Both the position numbers and the translations under genes were made by a program. A model generated the notes under the pieces. The model saw only the letters and a program-made list of their open reading frames with translations, was not told where the DNA came from and did no database searches. Below are positions 1 to 9,031 of a stretch of DNA of 64,000 nt, piece by piece (the first letter of the stretch is position 1; each line of letters opens with the position of its first letter). Location of the stretch: the NCBI GenBank assembly GCA_963707025.1, contig CAVPOM010000004.1, positions 608,001 to 672,000 of the forward strand. Reading direction: 5' to 3'. This stretch comes from an uncultured Verrucomicrobiae bacterium (GTDB lineage: Bacteria > Verrucomicrobiota > Verrucomicrobiia > Limisphaerales > Palsa-1400).

Positions 1-690
1 ACGTTGATTTGTCACGACACGGGTTAAACCGACTCGATGGTCAACGTTGTAGTGAGTGTGGCCGTGGATCCACAGGGGAATTCCACTCTCCCCAATGAGC
101 GCGTTGAGATCGGATGCGAACGCCGGACTCAACGGACTCGTCGAATGATACGGCGCCTCAGATTGAGGACTTGGCGCATGGTGGGTGACCACAACTGTTC
201 GAGCGGGATCATGCCGCGCCAGTTCGTCTTTCAGCCACGCGACGGACTCTTGATGAATTCTTACGGTGTCACGCGCGCGAAGAACGCGGTTTTCCGGGCT
301 GAATCGAATGATTCGATAGTCATTCATCATGTCTTCCGCCATCTGCATGGAGGATTCCGGCTTGCATCTCAGCGCAAAATCTGTCCAGAGGGTGCAGCCA
401 AGAAACGTGAAGCCTCCAAACTCAATGGCCTTATTTTCGAGCAGTTGGATGTGACTGCCCCTGGTTTCATCTTCCAACCGCTCCGTCAATTCCGGAAGTG
501 CGTGCCGGTAAAATTCGTGATTCCCAAGCACATAAATCATGGGCTTGTCACCAAAATGGCTTTTGGCCCATTCCAATCCCTTGCTCCCGAGGTGGATGTC
601 CCCCGCAAGCACCACAACGTCCGCCTCGGTCGTTGGAACGACCGCCGGGCCAAATTCTAAATGAAGATCAGCAAGAATGTGCAAGCGCAT
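1..690 (-). CDS. Calcineurin-like metallophosphoesterase (runs off window start; probable frameshift near nt 90)
   Basis: Manual translation, absent from ORF track: MRLHILADLHLEF...VVLAGDIH...YVLGNHEFY...VVTHHAP, then in shifted frame LWIHGHTH...VVTNQR. Confidence 0.9.
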   Translation of the reverse strand, partial: MRLHILADLHLEFGPAVVPTTEADVVVLAGDIHLGSKGLEWAKSHFGDKPMIYVLGNHEFYRHALPELTERLEDETRGSHIQLLENKAIEFGGFTFLGCTLWTDFALRCKPESSMQMAEDMMNDYRIIRFSPENRVLRARDTVRIHQESVAWLKDELARHDPARTVVVTHHAPSPQSEAPYHSTSPLSPAFASDLNALIGESGIPLWIHGHTHYNVDHRVGLTRVVTNQR

Positions 691-784
691 ACACGTATTT
701 CAAATTGGCGGCTGCACCCGCAGCCATTGAGCCGTTCCCGTAAGGAACAGCACGTCTGCAGTCGTTTTGTCGATGACCATGGCG

Positions 785-1231
785 TTACCCTCCATATCCC
801 TCGGCCGCTTGCAGAACCGTGCTCACCTCCCCGGCGCGCAAGCAGTCCAAGGGCCTTTTCCCTCCGAGGAAACCCCGGTTTGAAAGGAAAATGAGCATTC
901 GTCCAAAGTCATCCAGCCGACAACCCGCACCCAGGATTTTGAGAGTCTCTTCCAAGCCGTCCAGCAACTCGCGGTCCTTGAATTGCCACACGGGAAAACG
1001 CGCCGCGCTCGTCCGTCCGTCATTCCAGGCAATGATCTGTCCCCTGTGATACAATTTCAAAATGGCTGCCTGGGAGATGCCCAGCTCTCCCCCCGCCTCC
1101 TGCGCTGACAGGCTTCCCCCACCTGCTTCCATCAGCTTTCGGCGCGCGGTCATTCTCCTGGACATGGCCTTGGCCAACCGATTATCAGCATCGGGAATTG
1201 CCTCACACTTTTTTATTTTCACAACAACCAT
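785..1231 (-). CDS. HTH protein with Xre/MbcA/ParS-type C-terminal domain (antitoxin-like)
   Basis: LSAQEAGGELGISQAAI HTH, FPVWQF, and LGGKRPLDCLRAGE tail; start placed at MVVVKIKK. Confidence 0.65.
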   Translation of the reverse strand: MVVVKIKKCEAIPDADNRLAKAMSRRMTARRKLMEAGGGSLSAQEAGGELGISQAAILKLYHRGQIIAWNDGRTSAARFPVWQFKDRELLDGLEETLKILGAGCRLDDFGRMLIFLSNRGFLGGKRPLDCLRAGEVSTVLQAAEGYGG

Positions 1232-1422
1232 ACGACGAGGGAATACAGGCCACCCATCAAGATCGCCCACCCGGCCGGACCGATGGCATAGCCTTTCCAG
1301 GTTGTGCCCCAAAAGCGCCAATGGTCCATCGAATGAACAGCCCAATATCGAAACAGGTGGGGATCGAAATGGGCGAGAACCCGCACCAACAAAATGAACG
1401 GCAAGAGGACAATTATTTTCAT
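1219..1422 (-). CDS. Small membrane protein
   Basis: 67 aa with two hydrophobic segments, tightly packed between co-oriented genes. Confidence 0.45.
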   Translation of the reverse strand: MKIIVLLPFILLVRVLAHFDPHLFRYWAVHSMDHWRFWGTTWKGYAIGPAGWAILMGGLYSLVVWLL

Positions 1423-1425
1423 GCG

Positions 1426-1830
1426 TCAAGAAGGCTCCCCCGATTCCAGCTCGTAGAGCATTCGGCTCACTTGCTCCTCCGTCATCCCGTTCAATCTCCG
1501 CCGCATGGCTTCGACAATGCTCTCTCCTTGGTTCCGCTGTATTTTGCCAGCGTCCAAAAGAGCTGCCAGCCGGTGCAAGGCGCCAGACCGAAAGTCCTCT
1601 TCCGGGTCCGCGCCTGTTTCAGGTTCAATAAATGAACCGGTGACACCACCAGGGCCCCAGCCGAGATCCTCGTCGATCTCCGCCCCGGTCCGGCGATCAA
1701 ACTCCCAACCGCCGCAAATAATGCGATCTGCCGTGAGATGTGTCACCTTCAACCGCATCGGTTTTGGAATTCCCCAGAACCGGCGCAAGACAGAATCCCC
1801 AACTGCTATTTCTGCAAGTTTTTTGCTCAT
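1426..1830 (-). CDS. Hypothetical protein (phage/MGE-like)
   Basis: 134-aa ORF with natural composition in a co-oriented gene string. Confidence 0.6.
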   Translation of the reverse strand: MSKKLAEIAVGDSVLRRFWGIPKPMRLKVTHLTADRIICGGWEFDRRTGAEIDEDLGWGPGGVTGSFIEPETGADPEEDFRSGALHRLAALLDAGKIQRNQGESIVEAMRRRLNGMTEEQVSRMLYELESGEPS

Positions 1831-1931
1831 AATTCTTTCCGGATGCCGGATGACTGCTCAACCGCCGTGACGGCTGCGGAGTCCCTCTTCGGTGCTTCCA
1901 ACTCGACCGCCTTGAGACTATCGTCCACAAC

Positions 1932-2801
1932 TCAGCGAGGATTTTCCACGGCCTCTGTGCTTTTTGCAAAACGTCGGAACAACCGCTCCCGCGCCTTGGC
2001 AAGAACTTCCGGCGCAGAAATGTGGCATGGCCAAAACAGTCCCACCACTGCGCCCGCCTGGCGCAAATGGATGGCCGCACTGTCCCTGTGCCATGTGAAC
2101 CTGACCGAATCCAACCGTCGGACGATGTGGTCATACAAGATCGCCGGGATGGCGGCGCCGTGACTGAACCAAACATAGTCCAGCAATCCGACGCGGTGGT
2201 AAAACACAGGACGCACAGGTCGGCCCCGGGTTTTGGAGATTTCAGCCGTGAAAACCTCATCTTTCTCCGCCGGCCTGAGACCCCTGGGCGGGTGGCCCAA
2301 CACTTGAACGACTGCGCCGGACATGTTGCGACCGCTCCCCCAGGCCGGGTTTTTCCGCAAGTCCACAGAGTAGGCCGGCCGGTTTTGCCAACGGCCCAGG
2401 CTGCAACGCAATCGCCCCCGCTCTCTCTTCAGGGGTCCAGAATTCATGGGGAGGAAGAGGTCCTCGTCCTCCCGATGGATCCGCGTCCACCAGACCGCAT
2501 CCCGCAGGACCCGGGGCATCGGTATCGAACCGGGTTGCCAAAAAGGACTCGGATCGTTCTCGTAGAGCACGTAGAAGTTCTCTCCCGCAGCGCGCGCCGC
2601 CTGCGTGAGCTTCTCCCCGTCCAACGTCAGGTCCAGGTCGGCCTGTTTCAGCACCCGGCCGCCGAGGCTGCAAACCTGCGCGTTGAACACAACAAAGTGG
2701 CTGCGGTGCCGCTTGCAATAGCCGCTTTTTGAATTCGCGATCAGGCGTCCCTCGGCAAAACCATGTTCCCGAAGGACGGCTATGATTTGGTTGTGGTGCA
2801 T
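1932..2801 (-). CDS. Hypothetical protein
   Basis: 289-aa ORF in the same minus-strand string. Confidence 0.6.
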   Translation of the reverse strand: MHHNQIIAVLREHGFAEGRLIANSKSGYCKRHRSHFVVFNAQVCSLGGRVLKQADLDLTLDGEKLTQAARAAGENFYVLYENDPSPFWQPGSIPMPRVLRDAVWWTRIHREDEDLFLPMNSGPLKRERGRLRCSLGRWQNRPAYSVDLRKNPAWGSGRNMSGAVVQVLGHPPRGLRPAEKDEVFTAEISKTRGRPVRPVFYHRVGLLDYVWFSHGAAIPAILYDHIVRRLDSVRFTWHRDSAAIHLRQAGAVVGLFWPCHISAPEVLAKARERLFRRFAKSTEAVENPR

Positions 2802-2933
2802 GGATTACGTATGGGCCAAATTATTCCTCAAGCTGGGCCTCTAAATCTCTCACATAACGCCGTCACGGTGCTTCGTTCTTGATGCCAAGACCAGAAATGT
2901 CCAATCCATTGAACGACCTTTTTTTCCAAAATC

Positions 2934-3782
2934 TCAGTTTCCAGGGCATTTTGCCCGCTGTACGCGGCGCCAATTCACCAGGATCCGCTCGGGAGCGGAT
3001 TTGGAGGCTGAAAGCGTCAGTACATGAATAGGGGTGGACACCCTGGTCTTCAGGTCACCCACGTCCAACGCCCCCTCTTCGGCAATGACGACGTGCTTGA
3101 ACCCGGCGCAGCGCAACAGATCCTCGCGAACCTCCGGCACGGAGGACCATACGTGGTTAAAAAACAAACGCGGCGCCCCCAACGTCAGAACCCTCGGCCA
3201 TATTTTATGAGTGAGTCGGCGGGCATGATCCGGGCCCAGATCTCCATTGATGTAAATCAGCGATTCCACCGGAACGAAAAGGTTGGAGCGATGGAGATCG
3301 ATTCCCGCCGCCGCGGGAAGCTTTCCGTCCGCCCGGCTGGCGGCATGGGCCAGGGCGGTAAACACGAAGGTGCGTGAGAAATCCGTGCCGCCGGTGATGA
3401 TGGTCAGGCCCGCCTTCTGGTCCAGCAACTCCAGCAAGTGGCCTGTTTTTCCAGGGGCCTGGGCCAGGCGCGGGTCATCCAATGTCGGGTAAGCCCGGCA
3501 GTGGGCATCAATGAAAGATTGGCGTTCTGCCGGCGGCAATCGCTCCAACAGGCACAAAAAGCCAAGCACATGTGGGTGGTGAAAGATGTCGAACCAGTTG
3601 TAAGTGGTACTTTTGGACCGGCCGAGCATTTTTGCCAATCGCTCGAAGCTCATTGGGTGCCTGTGCTCCGCGGCAAGCCTGGAACGCAAATCGGCGAAGA
3701 TGTCGCGGGCCGAAAACGGATAGCCCGGAGTGGCAATAAATCCGTCATCGGGAAGTTTTGTTTTCCGAGTTTGTTTGTTCAT
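2934..3782 (-). CDS. HTH protein fused to a degenerate P-loop-like domain
   Basis: FERLAKMLGRSKSTTYNWF HTH; GLTIITGGTDFSRT resembles a dead Walker A; paralog at 21600-22005. Confidence 0.65.
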   Translation of the reverse strand: MNKQTRKTKLPDDGFIATPGYPFSARDIFADLRSRLAAEHRHPMSFERLAKMLGRSKSTTYNWFDIFHHPHVLGFLCLLERLPPAERQSFIDAHCRAYPTLDDPRLAQAPGKTGHLLELLDQKAGLTIITGGTDFSRTFVFTALAHAASRADGKLPAAAGIDLHRSNLFVPVESLIYINGDLGPDHARRLTHKIWPRVLTLGAPRLFFNHVWSSVPEVREDLLRCAGFKHVVIAEEGALDVGDLKTRVSTPIHVLTLSASKSAPERILVNWRRVQRAKCPGN

Positions 3783-3821
3783 GCCTTTTGGTTTGGCCGC
3801 AAACTCGCGGCGGCGGCCTTT

Positions 3822-3890
3822 GTTCCGGATGAACATGCATGGCGAAGACTGCGTCCCACAGCCGGGCGGTTTTAGTGACGTCTGTCAATG
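3822..3890. repeat. 69-bp direct repeat, copy 1
   Basis: 63/69 identical to 8108-8176 by manual alignment. Confidence 0.9.
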
Positions 3891-4378
3891 GTAATTGTAA
3901 AGACCCGAACACGAAGGCCCAGGCTTATGTCAACGCGGAAAAAGGCGACACAAAAAACGCGGATTGCATGAATTATTTTGGAAAGCGCGCAGGAAATTCT
4001 CGATCCGGGAATGGCGTCTTAAATCCTCACCTTACCGGTGACTGATCTAAACGATCTCTTTCGGTGAATTGCATTACGGACATCAATTCCATGCGTGACC
4101 GCCGGCCTGACAGCCCGATTCCACCACGAATAGACCACAGAATGCCCGCTCTTTACGTCCCCAGACCTTTCTGCTAAGATTTTTGCGTCCGTGAACCATG
4201 CGACCTCTGCCCCCTCCGGGGGGCGGATGTTTGGATCGCTCATCCACCCGGCACGACTGTCGGCGCACCGGTTGGCGAACATTAAAGGCTGAGCAGCGCA
4301 TGAAACATTCCATCCTGGATTTTCCCCTCGTGCTGTCGCCCAGGCCTTTGAGCAATCGTCTCACACCATGAGGTTGGC

Positions 4379-5722
4379 ATGCGCATCGTTCAGGTAGTCC
4401 ACGGTTATCCCCCTCGTTACAACGCCGGCTCGGAGGTTTACACCCAAACTTTAAGCCGCTCGCTGGCGAACCGGCACCAAGTAATGGTCTTCACTCGCTT
4501 TGAGGATCCTTTCCTGCCGCCCTATGCCGAGAAGGACGAATTGGATGCAGGAGATCCTGGCATTCCGCCGATACCGCTTCGGCTGATTAACATCCCCCAT
4601 TTCCGGGATCGCTACCGCCACCAGGCCGTGGATGAATCGTTCGCGCGTTGCCTCGACGATTTCACCCCCGAAATTGTCCACATCCAGCACCTCGGCCATC
4701 TTTCAAGCTCCCTGGTGAAACAGGCATCCTTGCGCAGCATCCCGGTCGTGTTCACGCTTCATGATTTCTGGCTCATGTGCCCAAGGGGGCAATTCCTTCA
4801 ATTCTTTCCCACAAACCCGGACGACCCCTTCGCCCTATGCGACGGTCAGGAGGACCGCAAATGCGCCACGCACTGCTGTGCCCGCCACTTTTCCGGGGCG
4901 CCGGACGACGAACCCGAAGACGTCAGATACTACACGGAATGGATTCGCCGCCGCATGCAGCACATGCGCGAAATAATCAGTCTGGTGGATATGTTCATTA
5001 CGCCGTCCAAACAGCTCCGCCGCCGCTTCGTAGAGGAGTTCTCGCTGCCATTCCAACGCGTGGAGCATTTGGACTACGGCTTCGATCTCAAGAGGCTATC
5101 GGGCTGGCAACGCGCGCCCCGAGCCGACGGGGGCTTCGTTTTCGGATACATCGGAACACATGTGGCCGCCAAAGGCATCCACCAGCTCCTGGACGCCTTC
5201 GCGCGCCTGAATGACAATGCACGCCTCCGTATTTGGGGTCGTCCGCACGCGGAGACCACCCCAGCACTCATGCAGATACACAATCGGCTTCCTGCGTCTG
5301 TCCGCCAGCGCATATCCTGGGAAGGTGAGTATGCCAATGAAGACATAGTCCGCGCCGTTTTCAACCAGGTGGACGCCATAGTCGTCCCCTCCATTTGGCT
5401 GGAGAACTCCCCACTCGTCATTCATGAAGCGCAACAGGCGCGTGTGCCCGTGATCACGGCCAACGCGGGCGGCATGGCCGAGTTGGTCCATCATGAAGTC
5501 AATGGCCTCCTATTCGAGCACCGCAACCCAGCAAGCTTGGCAGGCCAAATGTCCCGCCTGCTAAATGACCCTGCGTTGGCCACCCGGCTAGGCGAGCGTG
5601 GCTACCTCCATGACCCGGACGGCAACGTTCCTTCGACGGAACAGCTCGCACTGAAAATCGAGGCCCTTTACACCAGACTGTTTAGTCCAAACCTCGAAGT
5701 CCGGCAGGAGGTTCCCATATGA
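4379..5722 (+). CDS. Glycosyltransferase, GT4 family (GT-B fold)
   Basis: HGYPPRYNAGSEVYT, TLHDFWLMCPRG, KGIHQLLDAF, VPSIWLENSPLVIHEA motifs. Confidence 0.92.
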   Translation: MRIVQVVHGYPPRYNAGSEVYTQTLSRSLANRHQVMVFTRFEDPFLPPYAEKDELDAGDPGIPPIPLRLINIPHFRDRYRHQAVDESFARCLDDFTPEIVHIQHLGHLSSSLVKQASLRSIPVVFTLHDFWLMCPRGQFLQFFPTNPDDPFALCDGQEDRKCATHCCARHFSGAPDDEPEDVRYYTEWIRRRMQHMREIISLVDMFITPSKQLRRRFVEEFSLPFQRVEHLDYGFDLKRLSGWQRAPRADGGFVFGYIGTHVAAKGIHQLLDAFARLNDNARLRIWGRPHAETTPALMQIHNRLPASVRQRISWEGEYANEDIVRAVFNQVDAIVVPSIWLENSPLVIHEAQQARVPVITANAGGMAELVHHEVNGLLFEHRNPASLAGQMSRLLNDPALATRLGERGYLHDPDGNVPSTEQLALKIEALYTRLFSPNLEVRQEVPI

Positions 5723-6759
5723 GCTCGACCCCCTGGCGAATCACGTTCGACACGAACCCCGACGACTGCAATCTCAAGTGCCTGATGTGCGAGGAGCACT
5801 CACCCTTCAGTCCGAAGCAGGCCGCACGGATCGCCTCTGGCCAGCCGCAGCGCCGCATGGACATTCGTGTCCTTGAGCAGGTACTCGAAGAGTTGAAAGA
5901 CAGCCCACCTCGCGAGATCATCCCCTCCACAATGGGCGAGCCGCTGCTCTACCAGCATTTCGATGCCGTCCTGGAGTTCTGTCGCCATTACGGCATACGC
6001 CTGAACCTGACCACGAACGGAACCTTTCCCAAAGGCGGCGCACTCGAATGGGCCGGTAAGATTGTCCCCCTTGGCTCCGACGTGAAGATTTCCTTTAATG
6101 GCATCCAGTCGAAAACCCAAGAAAGCATCATGCGGAACAGTCGGTATGAATCCGTGCTCGCGAATATCCGCACCTTCATTGCCTTCCGAAACGACCACGC
6201 CGCCCGGGGTGGCAATTACTGTTCAGTCACGCTCCAGGTAACCTTCATGGAGCGGAATCTTCCAGAATTACCTGAGATCGTCCGATTGGCTGCCAGCTTG
6301 GATGCCGATCGCGTGAAAGGCCACCACCTTTGGGTTCACTTTGCTGAGATGAAAAAACAGGATCTGCGCCGGAGTCCTGAGTCGGTGGCGCGTTGGAACC
6401 AGGCTCTTGTTCAGTGCCGAAATGCGGCGGCGAGTTGCACCCGCCCCGGCGGCACCCATGTAAGGCTAGAAAACTTCACGCCCCTCACCTTCAGCAACGC
6501 GCAATCTATGCCTCCTGGATCGGAGTGCCCGTTTCTCGGACGGGAAGCTTGGATTAACAACTCTGGCCGGTTCGACCCGTGCTGCGCGCCCGACGATTTG
6601 CGGCAGTCCCTTGGCGCTTTTGGGACCGTTCAAGAACGAGGCTTCCTTAATATCTGGCAAGGAGAGAAATACCGCGCTCTTGTGTCGGGCTACCGGGATC
6701 AATCCCTTTGCCAAACCTGTCTTATGCGTCGTCAACCTTCCACCACGAACTTCCCATGA
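5719..6759 (+). CDS. Radical SAM protein with SPASM/twitch-type C-terminal domain
   Basis: CNLKCLMC (CxxxCxxC), MGEPLL, TTNGT; C-terminal CPF...PCC...CQTC; 4-bp overlap with the GT. Confidence 0.92.
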   Translation: MSSTPWRITFDTNPDDCNLKCLMCEEHSPFSPKQAARIASGQPQRRMDIRVLEQVLEELKDSPPREIIPSTMGEPLLYQHFDAVLEFCRHYGIRLNLTTNGTFPKGGALEWAGKIVPLGSDVKISFNGIQSKTQESIMRNSRYESVLANIRTFIAFRNDHAARGGNYCSVTLQVTFMERNLPELPEIVRLAASLDADRVKGHHLWVHFAEMKKQDLRRSPESVARWNQALVQCRNAAASCTRPGGTHVRLENFTPLTFSNAQSMPPGSECPFLGREAWINNSGRFDPCCAPDDLRQSLGAFGTVQERGFLNIWQGEKYRALVSGYRDQSLCQTCLMRRQPSTTNFP

Positions 6760-7514
6760 ATCTCGAATCCATTTCGATTGCACCGGACGGCACACACCAC
6801 CGGCTCGACGGCCAACCTCTCTATCAGCCCCGCTTCGGCCAGGTACTCAAGTTTCATCCTCCAGGGCTGGCGGCGGTATCCGACTCCTCCGGCAGCTACC
6901 ACATAACCCCGGCCGGTCGGCCGGCCTACCGACACAGGTATTCTGCCACGTTCGGGTTCTACGGAGGCAGGGCCGCAGTACACGATGAGAGTGGCTGGTT
7001 CCACATCCTCAAAAGCGGCCTCCCACTCTACCGGGAACGCTATGCATGGAGCGGCAATTATCAACAGGAGCGCGTGCCGGTGCGCGACCAGGCCGGCTTT
7101 TACTACCACCTTGACGCTGACGGCAAGCGTGTTTACCAGGAGGCTTACCTCTATGCAGGAGACTACCGCGACGGAATCGCCTGCGTCCGGCAAGCCGCCG
7201 GCCTCTGTACACATATAGATTTCTTTGGGATCCCTGTCCACGCAGGGTACTACTTGGACCTTGATGTTTTTCATAAAGGCTTCGCAAGGGCGCGCGATTA
7301 CCGTGGTTGGTGTCACATCCGGGCCGACGGAAAACCGGCATATACCGCCCGGTTCGAGGAAATCGAAGCATTCTACAATGGCCAAGCCTTTGCCCGAACA
7401 CTGGAAGGCGACCGCGTTCTCCTTAATGAGTCTGGTGCCATTATCCACGTAGTGTGGCATGGCGTCGCGATTGCCGCTCCAGACGGCCAGCGCGGCAAGA
7501 CTGCCAGGACTTGA
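6756..7514 (+). CDS. WG-repeat (beta-repeat) protein, possibly C-terminally truncated
   Basis: Recurring F/Y-x-x-G-x-A-x-V...G-W/Y-x-H-I-x-x-x-G units; ATGA overlap with the radical SAM gene. Confidence 0.75.
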   Translation: MNLESISIAPDGTHHRLDGQPLYQPRFGQVLKFHPPGLAAVSDSSGSYHITPAGRPAYRHRYSATFGFYGGRAAVHDESGWFHILKSGLPLYRERYAWSGNYQQERVPVRDQAGFYYHLDADGKRVYQEAYLYAGDYRDGIACVRQAAGLCTHIDFFGIPVHAGYYLDLDVFHKGFARARDYRGWCHIRADGKPAYTARFEEIEAFYNGQAFARTLEGDRVLLNESGAIIHVVWHGVAIAAPDGQRGKTART

Positions 7515-7615
7515 TTTCGACCCGTCCCTTCGCGAACCAACTCGCAGATGGTCCGAATCCTCAGCTTGTTTGAAGGGAGTTGCTAGCAGAGATCCTCGCA
7601 CGAAATGCCCTGTGC

Positions 7616-7697
7616 TTCACCCCGAAACCCGTCGCACGGTGGATCCCGGCGATGGATTCCTGGTCATCGCGGGTGGCGTAGAATTCCGACATCCCCA
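7616..7697 (-). pseudogene. Aldo/keto reductase N-terminal fragment (inverted copy of 19493-19574)
   Basis: GMSEFYATRDDQESIAGIHRATGFGV; 73/82 nt identical to 19493-19574. Confidence 0.8.
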
Positions 7698-7703
7698 ACC
7701 GGC

Positions 7704-7857
7704 GCGCCCCGTCCTCGTCTTGCACGCTGGCGGAGAAGTCCAGGACCATCAACAACGGTCCCATCGTGTCCACCAGGATGTGCCGCCTGCGCCCGTTGAC
7801 TCTGCCCGCGTCGTACCCGCGCTCCCGGCTGGTTTCGCTGCTCTTCACTGACTGGCT
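7704..7857 (-). mobile_element. IS5-family transposase fragment
   Basis: SQSVK...RGYDAGRVNGRRRHILVDTMG...SVQDEDGA matches the IS5 DDE core pattern. Confidence 0.8.
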
Positions 7858-8107
7858 AGCACACACTCAAAAGTGTGGCTGCCGTCGCACGGGCCAAGGA
7901 CAGCCCGCAGGTTCAGAACTTCCTCACTCGAAGTCCGGCGGCGTTGCGCCAGGAATGCAAAATCAATGGCAAGGTACTTGCCGTAGCTTACAAGCCGGCT
8001 CGGTATTCGGCCGTCAAGGGCAGCATCGATCTCCTGCACCAAAGCGCCCACTAGATAATATCCCTCATCATCATCGGCAACGTGCGGCGCGGTATATTTT
8101 CCAAGCA

Positions 8108-8176
8108 GTTCCGGATGAACACGCATGGCGAAGACGGCGTCCCACTGCCTGGCGGTTTTAGTGACGTCCGTTAATG
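8108..8176. repeat. 69-bp direct repeat, copy 2
   Basis: 63/69 identical to 3822-3890. Confidence 0.9.
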
Positions 8177-8435
8177 ATGCTTTTAAAGAACGCCGTCGGC
8201 ATTCCGGGCGCTCGAAGATTCGATTTTGGGGCATAAACTCGGGAATCGTGGTTGAGAGGTACTGTTGAAGGCTGGTGGGTTTCTCCCAACCTCGCTTTTG
8301 TTCTGCGGGCCAGATTGGCCAGCGGAACAAGTAACCGCACAAATCCGACCATGCGTGTCAGATTTCGCGCTCCAGGTGATGGGGTAACCGCGTTTGGCTC
8401 GCACGAATTGGCTGTGCCGCTGGTGGGTTCGGTGT

Positions 8436-8840
8436 TCAAAACGGCGGCCTGCCGTCGGCTTCTCCACCGGCAGGAGGCGTCGCGTGATCGTGCTCGTCGC
8501 CGTCGTTGGGCTTCGACGAACTCTGCGGTCGCGGTTCCGGGACAACAAAGCAATGCAACGAGAGTTGCGAGCGTGATGTGCCCTCATTATTCCAGGTCTC
8601 GGTGCGCTGGCGGCCCTCCACCATGACCGTGTCTCCTTTCTGGTGACGCGCCAGCGCGTCGGTCCAGCCTCCAAAACACTTGCACGCGACGAACGCGGTT
8701 TCTTCTTGGGCGACATCCGCTTTGTCGCGGTAGCGACGATTACTGGCGATGTAAGAGAAACCCATCTTGGAGCCGTTGTTTCGAATAATTGGTGCGCGAA
8801 CAAGGCGCCCCATCAGCACAGTGACGTTGAGATTCGACAT
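8436..8840 (-). CDS. ssb: Single-stranded DNA-binding protein
   Basis: NLNVTVLMGRL, KGDTVMVEGRQRTETW, acidic tail ending in PF. Confidence 0.9.
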   Translation of the reverse strand: MSNLNVTVLMGRLVRAPIIRNNGSKMGFSYIASNRRYRDKADVAQEETAFVACKCFGGWTDALARHQKGDTVMVEGRQRTETWNNEGTSRSQLSLHCFVVPEPRPQSSSKPNDGDEHDHATPPAGGEADGRPPF

Positions 8841-9031
8841 GCCTTTTTCCTTCTGGTTGATTATTTGATTTTACTGCCTGGCTCTTTCTCGAGCCGGCTT
8901 CGAAATCTGTGTTTGACGCCGTTTTCGAGAGGATGAGGCGCCGCCAATCGAAGAAAAATCACCAAACTCGCATTTTCCGTCCGACAAATTGCCATCCTAT
9001 TCAGCATTACATGGTGGAAGGACAAATTATT

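Noticed and set aside
37..660. 207-aa plus-strand ORF
   Set aside because: Shadow of the minus-strand metallophosphoesterase
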